DNA from: Alistipes communis
Lineage (GTDB): Bacteria; Bacteroidota; Bacteroidia; Bacteroidales; Rikenellaceae
Assembly (NCBI RefSeq): GCF_006542665.1
Contig: NZ_AP019735.1
Span: 856,244-888,243, forward strand
Reading direction: 5' to 3'
Length of the DNA stretch: 32,000 nt
Positions 11,560 to 18,902 of this stretch are shown here, one piece after another. Position 1 is the stretch's first letter, and every line of letters starts with the position of its first letter. A model generated the notes under the pieces. That model did no database searches and was not told the origin of the DNA. It worked only from the letters and a program-made list of their open reading frames with translations. The position numbers and the translations under genes are program-made.

Positions 11560-11642
11560 TGGGAAGTGATGGATTCGAACCACCGAAGGCGTAAGCCAGC
11601 AGATTTACAGTCTGCCCCATTTGGCCACTCTGGTAACTTCCC
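11560..11642 (-). tRNA. tRNA-Tyr (anticodon GTA), class II with long variable arm
   Basis: Minus strand: GGGAAGT TA CCA GAGTGGCCAAA TGG G GCAGA CTGTAAA TCTGC, a long variable arm, then GGTGG TTCGAAT CCATC ACTTCCC A. The acceptor is a perfect 7 bp. Confidence 0.88.
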
Positions 11643-11661
11643 CTGTTGGTTTGCGATGTAG

Positions 11662-11735
11662 AGCCGATGGAGGGATTCGAACCCACGACCTGCTGATTAC
11701 AAATCAGCTGCTCTGACCGGCTGAGCTACATCGGC
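11662..11735 (-). tRNA. tRNA-Thr (anticodon TGT)
   Basis: Minus strand: GCCGATG TA GCTC AGCCGGTCA GAGC A GCTGA TTTGTAA TCAGC AGGTC GTGGG TTCGAAT CCCTC CATCGGC T. One U50:U64 mismatch in the T-stem, otherwise canonical. Confidence 0.88.
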
Positions 11736-11753
11736 ATGAACCGTTTTGGATTG

Positions 11754-11785
11754 CAAAGATAAGAATAATATTCCGAACCGCCAAA
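11754..11785 (-). promoter_or_regulatory. Consensus Bacteroidetes promoter for the tRNA-Thr/Tyr/Gly(-tuf) operon
   Basis: Minus strand: TTTG (plus 11782-11785), a 20-nt spacer, then TATCTTTG (plus 11754-11761). This matches the published -33 TTTG / -7 TAnnTTTG architecture. The box ends 18 nt before the tRNA-Thr 5' end. A second TATCTTTG lies at plus 11867-11874, 113 bp further upstream, without a good -33. Confidence 0.65.
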
Positions 11786-12276
11786 TATCGGCGCAGGATT
11801 TTCCATTCCTATCTGTCTCAAAGAACCTTGCGTCAACCGATTCCGCTTATTCGGCGAAATCGAGTGCAAAGATAGAATAGTTTTGCGAATTAAAAAATAG
11901 TCGGGCTCTTTTTTTCAAAAAATAAATGGTTTTTACCACCTCCGGCACCCGAACGGGAAGAATCGCTCCTCTTTCCGCACAGCCGATACGGAAGAGAGGA
12001 TGGGTTTTAACTTGATCCGGAAGACAGCCCCCATCGCGCCGGAAGATCGCCGGCCGGCCAAAACGGAACGCAACCAAATGATCATGGTTGCGCGCAGCGC
12101 ATACGATAAATGGAGACATTCTTTTTATAGTTGCGCGGAGCGCACCGCAGCTTCCGCCTTGCGAAAACGCGGGAAGAAGAACGGGCGGCGGATGCGCCGG
12201 CGAAAACGCGGGCGCGAGCTTGTCCGCGTAGCGTTTCAGGCGCAAGCCGACGGCCGTTCCCCGACGTTTTCGCCTG

Positions 12277-12320
12277 GCGGACACTTTTGGCACCACCTTT
12301 CGGTGACAAAAGGTGGTAAA
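12277..12320 (+). repeat. Repeat H-module, copy 1 (hairpin ACCACCTTT / AAAGGTGGT)
   Basis: GCGGACACTTTTGGCACCACCTTTCGGTGACAAAAGGTGGTAAA. It matches 22878-22921 at 42 of 44 positions. The stem is 12292-12300 with 12309-12317, and the loop is CGGTGACA. Confidence 0.85.
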
Positions 12321-12494
12321 ACTGCTCCTCTCAAGAAATGCCCAATCGAAGGTCGGGATATTTCTGACATGTTCACAGTCAAATTCTGCTAAAAAGATTC
12401 GCTCTTCGGTCAAAACCCGAAGAGCGGCAGCCCGCAGCCGCCCCATGCGGAGGGCTGCATCGTCCCGCCACAGGCGGCCGACGCATCCTCCGCC

Positions 12495-12692
12495 GGCCGC
12501 GGACTGACAAAGAAAAATCGTACTTTGACTGCGCCGTAGATACTCCGCCTCGGCAAAACCGCAAACTCCGTTTGCTTTTGCCCGCGGCTTGTGCACTTTG
12601 CGGAAGACGAGCTTCCGCTTAGATAGGCGGCGCCTCGGCAAAGCCGCAAACTTCGTTTGCTTTTGCCCTCGGCTTGCACTATCTTTGTCCGC
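12495..12692 (+). repeat. Composite repeat copy 1: 64-bp S-block plus two tandem P-modules (83-bp period), the second ending in a promoter
   Basis: 12495-12558 matches 22946-23009 at 61 of 64 positions. P1 (12537-12603) and P2 (12620-12692) both read TAGATA..CTCGGCAAA..GCAAAC..GTTTGCTTTTGCCC.CGGCTT. The hairpins lie at 12552-12582 and 12637-12667. Confidence 0.85.
12656..12687 (+). promoter_or_regulatory. Consensus promoter embedded in the repeat, driving the GNAT gene
   Basis: TTTG 12656-12659, a 20-nt spacer, TATCTTTG 12680-12687. The ATG follows at 12693, 5 nt after the box. Confidence 0.6.
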
Positions 12693-13244
12693 ATGAAAAC
12701 GATTCCGATCCTGCCCGGCATCGCGCTGCACGAACTCCGGACGGCCGACGCGGCCGACATCTTCGCCGCCATCGACGGCGAACGCGCCTACCTGGGACGC
12801 TGGCTGCCCTTCGTGCAGTTCACCCGCAACGAGGAGGATTCGCTGCGCTTCGTCCGCTCCGTACTCGAAGCTTCCTACCGCGAAACGGTCTTCACGATCC
12901 GCGACGGGGAGCGTTTCATCGGACTCATCGGTTTCAAGTCGACCGATCCGCTTGCCCGCACCACCGAAATCGGTTACTGGCTCCGCGAGGCGTGGCAGGG
13001 GCGCGGCATCGTCACGACGGCCGTCCGGGCGCTTTGCCGCATGGCGCGCGAGGAGCTGGCGATGCGCTGCGTCGCGATCAAATGCGCCACGGGCAACGGG
13101 CCGAGCAACCGCATCCCGCAGCGGCTCGGCTTCACGCTCGACCACGTCGAACATCGCGCCGAACTGCTCGAAGACGGCCGTTACACCGATGCGAACGTCT
13201 ATCTGCTGAATCTCGCGGATCGGAACACGTCCGTTCGGCCGTGA
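12693..13244 (+). CDS. GNAT family N-acetyltransferase (RimJ/RimL-like)
   Basis: The track ORF 12657..13244 starts inside the repeat. The ATG at 12693 (MKTIPILPGIALHELRTADAADIF...) is preferred. The acetyl-CoA binding region is EIGYWLREAWQGRGIVTTAVRALCRMA. Confidence 0.85.
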   Translation: MKTIPILPGIALHELRTADAADIFAAIDGERAYLGRWLPFVQFTRNEEDSLRFVRSVLEASYRETVFTIRDGERFIGLIGFKSTDPLARTTEIGYWLREAWQGRGIVTTAVRALCRMAREELAMRCVAIKCATGNGPSNRIPQRLGFTLDHVEHRAELLEDGRYTDANVYLLNLADRNTSVRP

Positions 13245-13284
13245 TCCGGACGGATCGCACGAAACATAAATATTAAGGTATCGA

Positions 13285-13803
13285 ATGAATCGGGACAATT
13301 CTTCGGAACTCTTCCCCGTCGTCGACGAGACGGGACGGGTCGTCGGCTGCGCCACGCGCGGCGAATGCCACGACGGGCGGCGGTTGCTGCATCCGGTCGT
13401 ACATCTGCACCTGTTCAACAGCCGGGGCGAGCTCTATTTGCAGAAACGCCCGCTGTGGAAAGATATTCAGCCCGGGCGCTGGGACACGGCCGTCGGCGGC
13501 CACGTCGACTACGGCGAGACCCCCGACGAAGCGCTGCGCCGCGAAGTACGCGAGGAGCTTGGCGTCACGGAGTTCACGCCCGAACGGCTCACGCAGTACA
13601 TCTTCGACTCGGTGCGCGAGCGTGAACTGGTCTACGTCAACCGCACCGTCTACGACGGCCCCGTCACGCCGAGCGACGAGACCGACGGCGGACGGTTCTG
13701 GACGATCGGAGAGATCCTCCGCACACTGGGCACGGGTCTCTTCACGCCCAATTTCGAGAGCGAATTCCGCCGCGTCTTCCTAACGGACGACGGGATCGCC
13801 TAA
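13285..13803 (+). CDS. NUDIX hydrolase (IDI-like subgroup)
   Basis: 172 aa. Nudix box GGHVDYGETPDEALRREVREELGV fits GX5EX7REUXEEXGU. The layout resembles isopentenyl-diphosphate isomerase type 1 (HPVVHLHLFNSRGELYLQKRPLWKDIQPGRWDT). However, the position of the IDI catalytic Cys reads Gly (AVGGH), so isomerase activity is not assumed. Confidence 0.85.
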   Translation: MNRDNSSELFPVVDETGRVVGCATRGECHDGRRLLHPVVHLHLFNSRGELYLQKRPLWKDIQPGRWDTAVGGHVDYGETPDEALRREVREELGVTEFTPERLTQYIFDSVRERELVYVNRTVYDGPVTPSDETDGGRFWTIGEILRTLGTGLFTPNFESEFRRVFLTDDGIA

Positions 13804-15663
13804 ACAGAAGATCTTCCCCTCGATAAAGGTCACCCACAGCCGGTTGTCGGCATCGACGAAGAAGTCGTTGGCAGCCGACGAGGCGAATTTCTCGGCCCAG
13901 AACAGCCGTCCGTCGCCGCTCACCGACGCCACGCAACCCGTGCGGTTGGCCATGTAGGCCACCCCTTCGCGCACTTCGACGGGGCAGGGGTTGTGGTCGT
14001 AGCCCCAACCGGCGTCGACCGTCCACAACTCCATGTAACAGTCGGCATCCGTCGCTACGGCCAGCAGTTCGCCGTCCATAGTCTTGGCGTAGACCGCCGA
14101 GCCGTCGGCGCTCACTCCGGTCGTCTCGCGCACCTTGCGCCGCTTGACGCGCCAGATCTCGCGGCCCGTCGCCAGGTCGAGCGCCGTCATGCAGCGGTCG
14201 GGCGCCACGATGAATACCCGCCCGCCGACGATGCGCGGCACGATGTGGCCCGGCGAGTAGAGCTTCTGCGGGCTGCCGTTGTTCCAGCTCCACAGCCGCT
14301 CGCCCGTCGCTTCGTCGAGGCAGTAGAGGTTCGTGTCCCACGCCCCGAAGACCACGCGCCCGCCGGCCACGGCAGGGCGCCCCTGCGGCTGCCCCTCGCC
14401 GAAACGGAACTCCCAGGCGATACGGCCCGTGCGCAGCTCGATCTTGGCCATCGACCCGCTGCCCAGCCCCATGTAGAGCCAGCCGTCGGCCACCAGTCCG
14501 TCGCCGATCACGGGCGTTTTCGCCGCGATCCGCCACAGACGGCGGCCCGTGGCCGCATCCAGCCCCCACACGGCCCCCGCGGCGTCGCCCGCCACGACCA
14601 CGCCGCCGGCCGCGAGCGGCGTCGAGTAGACCGCATTGCCGAACTGCCGCCGCCACACCTCGCGGCGGTTCTTCACGTCATAGGCTTTCAACACACCCAG
14701 CGACGTACCGTAGAAGATCGTATCGCCCGCCACGGCGACGCCCGTATAGATCGACGCCTCGTCCTCGACCACGAGCGCCGCACCCGTCCGTTCGTAGGTG
14801 ATCGGCGCAGGCTGCGGATCGCACGGCAGCGCGGTCAACGCCGCCGAATTGCCCTGCGGGATTGCGAACGAGAGCCGCGGCGCCTCGCCCAGCCGCTTCT
14901 CGTAGAGGGCGACCGAATCGCCCCACACCCGCACGAGGTTGTAACCCGCCGCAGGCTCCTGCCTGCGGTTCTTCGGGATGAGCGAACGGCCCATCAGCCC
15001 GGGAATCGAGTCAAAGTTGCAGAGACGCAGCGTATGGTAATGGCCGCACAGGTCGAAACGCACGTCGTAGCGGCGCAGCAGTTGCGTGACAGCCGTGCGG
15101 TTGGTCACGTCGTTCGTCAGCGGATAGTGGCAGAACGTGACGATCCGCTCGCCGGGACGCGCCGCCCGCATCCGCTCTTCGACCCATTGCAGATCCTCGC
15201 GCCGAACCGAACCGTCGGCCATCTTCATGTAGGGTCCCGCCGTGAAGCCGACGAAGAGGTAGCCGCCCGCACGGAACGCCAGCCGGCCGTCATTGCCGAA
15301 CAGACGGCCGAAGGTCGTGCAGGCACTCTCCGACCATGTCGTCTCGTGGTTGCCGGGCACGGCGAACCACGGCTTGCGCAAACGTTTGAGGATGCCGTGC
15401 ACGCAATGCAGTTCGGCGTCGCTGCCCATGTTGCAGAGATCGCCCGTGACCAGTACGAAATCGACCGCCGAGGCGTTGATCTCGGCCACGGCGGCCCGCA
15501 GCAGCGAGTCGGACTCGCCGCGGGGCGTCACGTGCACGTCGGTCAGAAAGGCGAAATTGAGCTCCGCAGCGCGGGGTACGACGTGGCGCGGAGCACGGCG
15601 GGCCAGCACGCCGGAACACAACAGCAGGGCCGCAGCGAGCAGCAGCACGATCTTTTGTTTCAT
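13780..15663 (-). CDS. Secreted or lipoprotein metallophosphoesterase fused to a PQQ-like (BamB-type) beta-propeller repeat domain
   Basis: 627 aa. Signal peptide MKQKIVLLLAAALLLCSG. Calcineurin-like phosphoesterase motifs are DVHVTP, VTGDLCNMG, GNHE and CGHYH. The C-terminal half has repeated units of the type YCLDEATGERLWSW, WGLDAATGRRLWRI and TALDLATGREIWRV. Confidence 0.85.
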   Translation of the reverse strand: MKQKIVLLLAAALLLCSGVLARRAPRHVVPRAAELNFAFLTDVHVTPRGESDSLLRAAVAEINASAVDFVLVTGDLCNMGSDAELHCVHGILKRLRKPWFAVPGNHETTWSESACTTFGRLFGNDGRLAFRAGGYLFVGFTAGPYMKMADGSVRREDLQWVEERMRAARPGERIVTFCHYPLTNDVTNRTAVTQLLRRYDVRFDLCGHYHTLRLCNFDSIPGLMGRSLIPKNRRQEPAAGYNLVRVWGDSVALYEKRLGEAPRLSFAIPQGNSAALTALPCDPQPAPITYERTGAALVVEDEASIYTGVAVAGDTIFYGTSLGVLKAYDVKNRREVWRRQFGNAVYSTPLAAGGVVVAGDAAGAVWGLDAATGRRLWRIAAKTPVIGDGLVADGWLYMGLGSGSMAKIELRTGRIAWEFRFGEGQPQGRPAVAGGRVVFGAWDTNLYCLDEATGERLWSWNNGSPQKLYSPGHIVPRIVGGRVFIVAPDRCMTALDLATGREIWRVKRRKVRETTGVSADGSAVYAKTMDGELLAVATDADCYMELWTVDAGWGYDHNPCPVEVREGVAYMANRTGCVASVSGDGRLFWAEKFASSAANDFFVDADNRLWVTFIEGKIFCLGDPVVR

Positions 15664-15723
15664 ATACGGAATCTTTTTCCCGCAAGATAGCCAATTTCCG
15701 GCAGACGGTCAACCCTGCGGCAC

Positions 15724-15756
15724 AAAAAACGGACTGTTCCGCAAGGGAACAGTCCG
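15724..15756 (-). terminator. Rho-independent terminator (second of two) downstream of the rhamnose operon
   Basis: Perfect 11-bp stem, CGGACTGTTCC (15730-15740) with GGAACAGTCCG (15746-15756), loop GCAAG. On the minus strand it is followed by TTTTTTG (plus 15724-15729). Confidence 0.7.
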
Positions 15757-15871
15757 CACCACCTAATTAAAAACTAACCTTTCCGGTAAGCGGGCGCGTA
15801 AGTCGCCCACGGACTATGCCGAACGCAGAAAAGGACCGCCGAAGGCGAACCTGTCCCGATCGGGCGAGGGT

Positions 15872-15905
15872 AAAAAAGGGTACCGAAAAACCGATCCTAC
15901 CCTTT
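15872..15905 (-). terminator. Rho-independent terminator immediately after the rhaD stop
   Basis: On the minus strand: AAAGGGTA (plus 15898-15905), a 15-nt loop, TACCCTTT (plus 15875-15882), then more T (plus A-run 15872-15877). It starts 2 nt after the rhaD stop codon. Confidence 0.6.
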
Positions 15906-15907
15906 CG

Positions 15908-16705
15908 TCAGAGGCCGAAGACCTCTTTGAGTTCCTGCATCTCGGCGTCGCTCATTCCCGTGGGGACGAATCCCATCGAGCGGGCCGATTCGTAGATCTT
16001 GGCCGATTTCGACAGCACGTCGATCTGGTCGAACGCCTCGATCAGGTCGGTGCCGATGGCCAGTGCGCCGTGTTTGGTCCACATCACCACGTCGTAGTCG
16101 TCCAGCAGGGCGATCGTCCGGTCGGCCAACTCCTGCGAGCCGGGCAGCGTGTAGGGAACGATGCCCAGCCCCTTGGGACAGAAGGCGCGCGTCTCGGGGA
16201 TCATGCTCCACAACAGCCGCGTGAGCACGTCTTTGCCCAGAAATTCGGGATTGTGCGTCATCGCCACCAGCTCGATGGGATGCGTATGCACCACCGCCCG
16301 CTCGGGACGCCCCGCGCCGATCAGATAGTCGTGCACCGAGAGGTGCGCGGGCAGTTCGGAGGTCGGACGCACCGGCTCGTCGGCGACGATCTCGTAGGAT
16401 GCGCCGTCGGCAGCCACGCGGATCAGCGCGACGTTCGCCAGCGGCTGCGATGCCACGTAACGCATGCGGCGTCCCGTGCCCGTGACCAGAAAACAGCCGC
16501 CCGCGATGTGCGGCACCGGTTTGGGAAGGGGGTAAGGCCCGTCCAGCGCGGGCAGTTCGCAAACGGCATCGGCGCAAAGTCCGGTGACGTTGACCGAGAT
16601 GTTGCCGCCGTTGCGTTCGGCCCAGCCGCGCTCCCAGAGGTAGCCGGCCACCTCGGCCACTACCCCGATCTGGCGGTCGAGCGATTCGTTATCAATCAGT
16701 TTCAT
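15908..16705 (-). CDS. rhaD: Rhamnulose-1-phosphate aldolase (class II aldolase)
   Basis: The track ORF 15908..17650 is a 5' over-extension through rhaT in another frame. The real start is ATG 16705 (MKLIDNESLDRQIGVVAEVAGYLWERGWAERNGGNISVNV...HTHPIELVAM...), giving 265 aa. Confidence 0.9.
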   Translation of the reverse strand: MKLIDNESLDRQIGVVAEVAGYLWERGWAERNGGNISVNVTGLCADAVCELPALDGPYPLPKPVPHIAGGCFLVTGTGRRMRYVASQPLANVALIRVAADGASYEIVADEPVRPTSELPAHLSVHDYLIGAGRPERAVVHTHPIELVAMTHNPEFLGKDVLTRLLWSMIPETRAFCPKGLGIVPYTLPGSQELADRTIALLDDYDVVMWTKHGALAIGTDLIEAFDQIDVLSKSAKIYESARSMGFVPTGMSDAEMQELKEVFGL

Positions 16706-16713
16706 CGTTTTCT

Positions 16714-17742
16714 CTATTTTACCAGTTGCGGATATACGGTCGAAAAGATCAGGATCAGCAGACCCGTCACGAGCACCGCCGCCGTACGGCGGTCGACGCC
16801 GCGCCACTCGTGCAACAGGATGCCCCACAGATTGCTGAACAGCACGTTGAGCGACATGAGGATGCTCCACGAGAAGGCCAGCATCAGCGGCGCCTCTGCG
16901 AAGAAGCTCTTGCCCATGCCCAGCCCGAAGAACTGCGAGTACCACAGCACGCCGGCCAGCGCGCAGAAGAGCACGTTGTTGACCCACACGCCCGCCGGTA
17001 CCGAGAAGTAGTCGCGGCCCGTGCGGTTTTTCACGTTGCAGAAGATGCAGTAGGCGGCATTGGTCGCGAAACCGCCGAGCGTCACGAGCAGAATCACCGG
17101 ATTCAGCGCGAAAAGCTCCTTCACGCCGGCTGCGACGGCCGCCGCCTGAATGGCCGCGCCGCTTTCGAGGCCCAGACTGAAACAGGCGCTCATCGCACCG
17201 GCCAGCAGCGCCACCAGCAACCCCTTGGTCAGCGCGAAATCCTTCACCGCCGCACGGCGCTCCTCGTCGCTGAGCAGACGCGAACGCAGCGAACCGGCAT
17301 AGCCGATCACGGCGATGCCCGCCAGCGTGATGCAGACGCCCAGCAACAGCGCCAGCCCCTCGCCGCGGAAGAGATTCTGCCCCGCCAGCAGCGCGGGGAA
17401 GAGCGTGCCGAACGCTGCGCAGGTACCCAGTGCGATCGACTGTCCGAGCGCCACGCCCAGATAGCGCATCGACAGGCCGAAGGTCAGTCCCCCGACACCC
17501 CACAGCACGCCGTAGAAGACCGACTGCCAGGCGCCGCCCGCCGCCCACAGCGCACCGAGCGTCACCCCTTCGGGCAGCGCCAGACTCGCACCCAGCCACG
17601 GGAAGACGATCCATGCGAAGATGCCCTGCACCAGCCAGAAGCTCTCCCACGACCAGTCGCGCACCTTGCGGATCGGCACGTAGGAGCTCGACTGTCCGAA
17701 GCTCCCGACGGCGATAATCAACAATCCGATCAGAATTTCCAT
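16714..17742 (-). CDS. rhaT: L-rhamnose/H+ symporter (RhaT family)
   Basis: 342 aa, about 10 transmembrane helices. MEILIGLLIIAVGSFGQSSSYVPIRKVRDWSWESFWLVQGIFAWIVFPW is typical of RhaT. Lies within the rhamnose operon. Confidence 0.9.
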   Translation of the reverse strand: MEILIGLLIIAVGSFGQSSSYVPIRKVRDWSWESFWLVQGIFAWIVFPWLGASLALPEGVTLGALWAAGGAWQSVFYGVLWGVGGLTFGLSMRYLGVALGQSIALGTCAAFGTLFPALLAGQNLFRGEGLALLLGVCITLAGIAVIGYAGSLRSRLLSDEERRAAVKDFALTKGLLVALLAGAMSACFSLGLESGAAIQAAAVAAGVKELFALNPVILLVTLGGFATNAAYCIFCNVKNRTGRDYFSVPAGVWVNNVLFCALAGVLWYSQFFGLGMGKSFFAEAPLMLAFSWSILMSLNVLFSNLWGILLHEWRGVDRRTAAVLVTGLLILIFSTVYPQLVK

Positions 17743-17743
17743 G

Positions 17744-18898
17744 TCAATAGGCGATATGGTACAACCGCTCGATCTCCTCGACGGACGTCGGACGGGGATT
17801 GCCGCCCGTGCAGACGTCGTTGAACGCAGCCACCGCCAGCGCCGGAATATCCTCCTCGCGCACGCCCAGCTCGTGCAGACGCTGCGGGATGCGGATGCTC
17901 AGCGAGAGGGCTTTCACCGCGTCGACGGCAGCGCGCACCCCCTCGTCGACGCTCATGCCGTCGGTCTTCACGCCCATGGCGCGGGCGATATCGAGGTATT
18001 TTGCACGCGACGGCGACTCGGCGTTGTACTCCATGACGTAGGGCAGCAACGTGGCGTTGGCCACGCCGTGCGGCGTGTCGTAGAAGGCTCCCAGCGGGTG
18101 AGCCATCGAGTGGACGATGCCCAGCCCCACATTCGAAAAGCCCATGCCGGCGATATACTGCGCCTCGGCCATGCCCGCGCGGGCCGTCTCGTCGCTGCCG
18201 TCGTCGACGGCGTTTTTCAGGTGTCGCGCGATCAGCTCGATCGCCTTCAATTCGAACATGTCGCTCATCGTCCACGCCCCCGGCGTGAGGTAGCCCTCGA
18301 CGGCGTGCGTCAGCGCATCCATACCCGTGGCGGCGGTCAGCCCCTTGGGCATCGAGTACATCAGTTCGCAGTCGATCACGGCGCACATCGGGATGTCGTT
18401 GGGATCGACGCAGACCATCTTGCGCTTGGCCTCCTCGTCGGTGATGACGTAGTTGATCGTCACCTCGGCCGCCGTACCCGCCGTCGTGGGGACGGCGAAG
18501 GTCGGCACGGCGCGGTGCTTGGTCGCCGCCGTCCCTTCGAGCGAGCGCACGTCGGCGAATTCGGGGTTGTTGACGATGATCCCCACGGCTTTGGCCGTGT
18601 CGATCGACGAGCCGCCGCCCAGCGCGACCATGAAGTCGGCGCCCGAACGCTTGAAGGCCTCGACGCCCTGCTGCACGTTGCGGATCGTGGGGTTGGCCTT
18701 GATCTCGCTGTAAATCTCATAGGGGATGCCCGCATCGGCGAGCACGCGCTCGATCTTTTCGGCCACGCCGAAACGGATCAGATCCTTGTCCGTGACCAGC
18801 AGCGCCTTGCGGAAGCCGCGCTTGCGAACCTCCTCGGCGATCACCGAGCGGCAACCCGCACCGTAGTAGGAGGTTTCGTTCAATACGATTCTGTACAT
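17744..18898 (-). CDS. fucO: Lactaldehyde reductase (iron-containing alcohol dehydrogenase family)
   Basis: 384 aa. Fe-ADH hallmarks are GGGSSIDTAKAV and HSMAHPLGAFYDTPHGVANA. Its position in a rhamnose operon matches rhaO of Bacteroides thetaiotaomicron. Confidence 0.88.
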   Translation of the reverse strand: MYRIVLNETSYYGAGCRSVIAEEVRKRGFRKALLVTDKDLIRFGVAEKIERVLADAGIPYEIYSEIKANPTIRNVQQGVEAFKRSGADFMVALGGGSSIDTAKAVGIIVNNPEFADVRSLEGTAATKHRAVPTFAVPTTAGTAAEVTINYVITDEEAKRKMVCVDPNDIPMCAVIDCELMYSMPKGLTAATGMDALTHAVEGYLTPGAWTMSDMFELKAIELIARHLKNAVDDGSDETARAGMAEAQYIAGMGFSNVGLGIVHSMAHPLGAFYDTPHGVANATLLPYVMEYNAESPSRAKYLDIARAMGVKTDGMSVDEGVRAAVDAVKALSLSIRIPQRLHELGVREEDIPALAVAAFNDVCTGGNPRPTSVEEIERLYHIAY

Positions 18899-18902
18899 GG
18901 CT

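Noticed and set aside
12495-12692. Possibility that the tandem and interspersed repeats form a CRISPR array.
   Set aside because: There is no regular repeat-spacer periodicity. Only two tandem units occur, with an 83-bp period and decaying similarity. No cas genes are present. The repeats sit directly upstream of start codons and contain promoter motifs.
11847-13418. 523-aa minus-strand ORF, and the 130-aa plus ORF 12000..12392, in the repeat region.
   Set aside because: The long ORF is antisense to the GNAT and NUDIX genes, then runs through the intergenic repeats. Both ORFs are Arg/Lys/Ala-rich and coincide with repeat modules that recur in a non-coding context at 22.7-23.0 kb. The peptide similarity between loci (for example LRRSQSTIFLCQSAA) only reflects the DNA repeat.
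13742-15766. Alternative-frame and antisense ORFs (13742..14656 minus, 13993..15690 plus, 15290..15712 minus, 15293..15766 plus) over the phosphoesterase/propeller gene.
   Set aside because: The 13780..15663 frame has a signal peptide, all metallophosphoesterase motifs and propeller repeats. The others are Arg/Gly/Pro-rich shadows.
15908-17650. 580-aa ORF suggesting a much longer aldolase.
   Set aside because: Its N-terminal ~315 residues lie in an alternative frame of the rhaT gene and are Arg/Gly-rich nonsense. The aldolase homology starts at MKLIDNES (ATG 16705), 8 nt after the rhaT stop.
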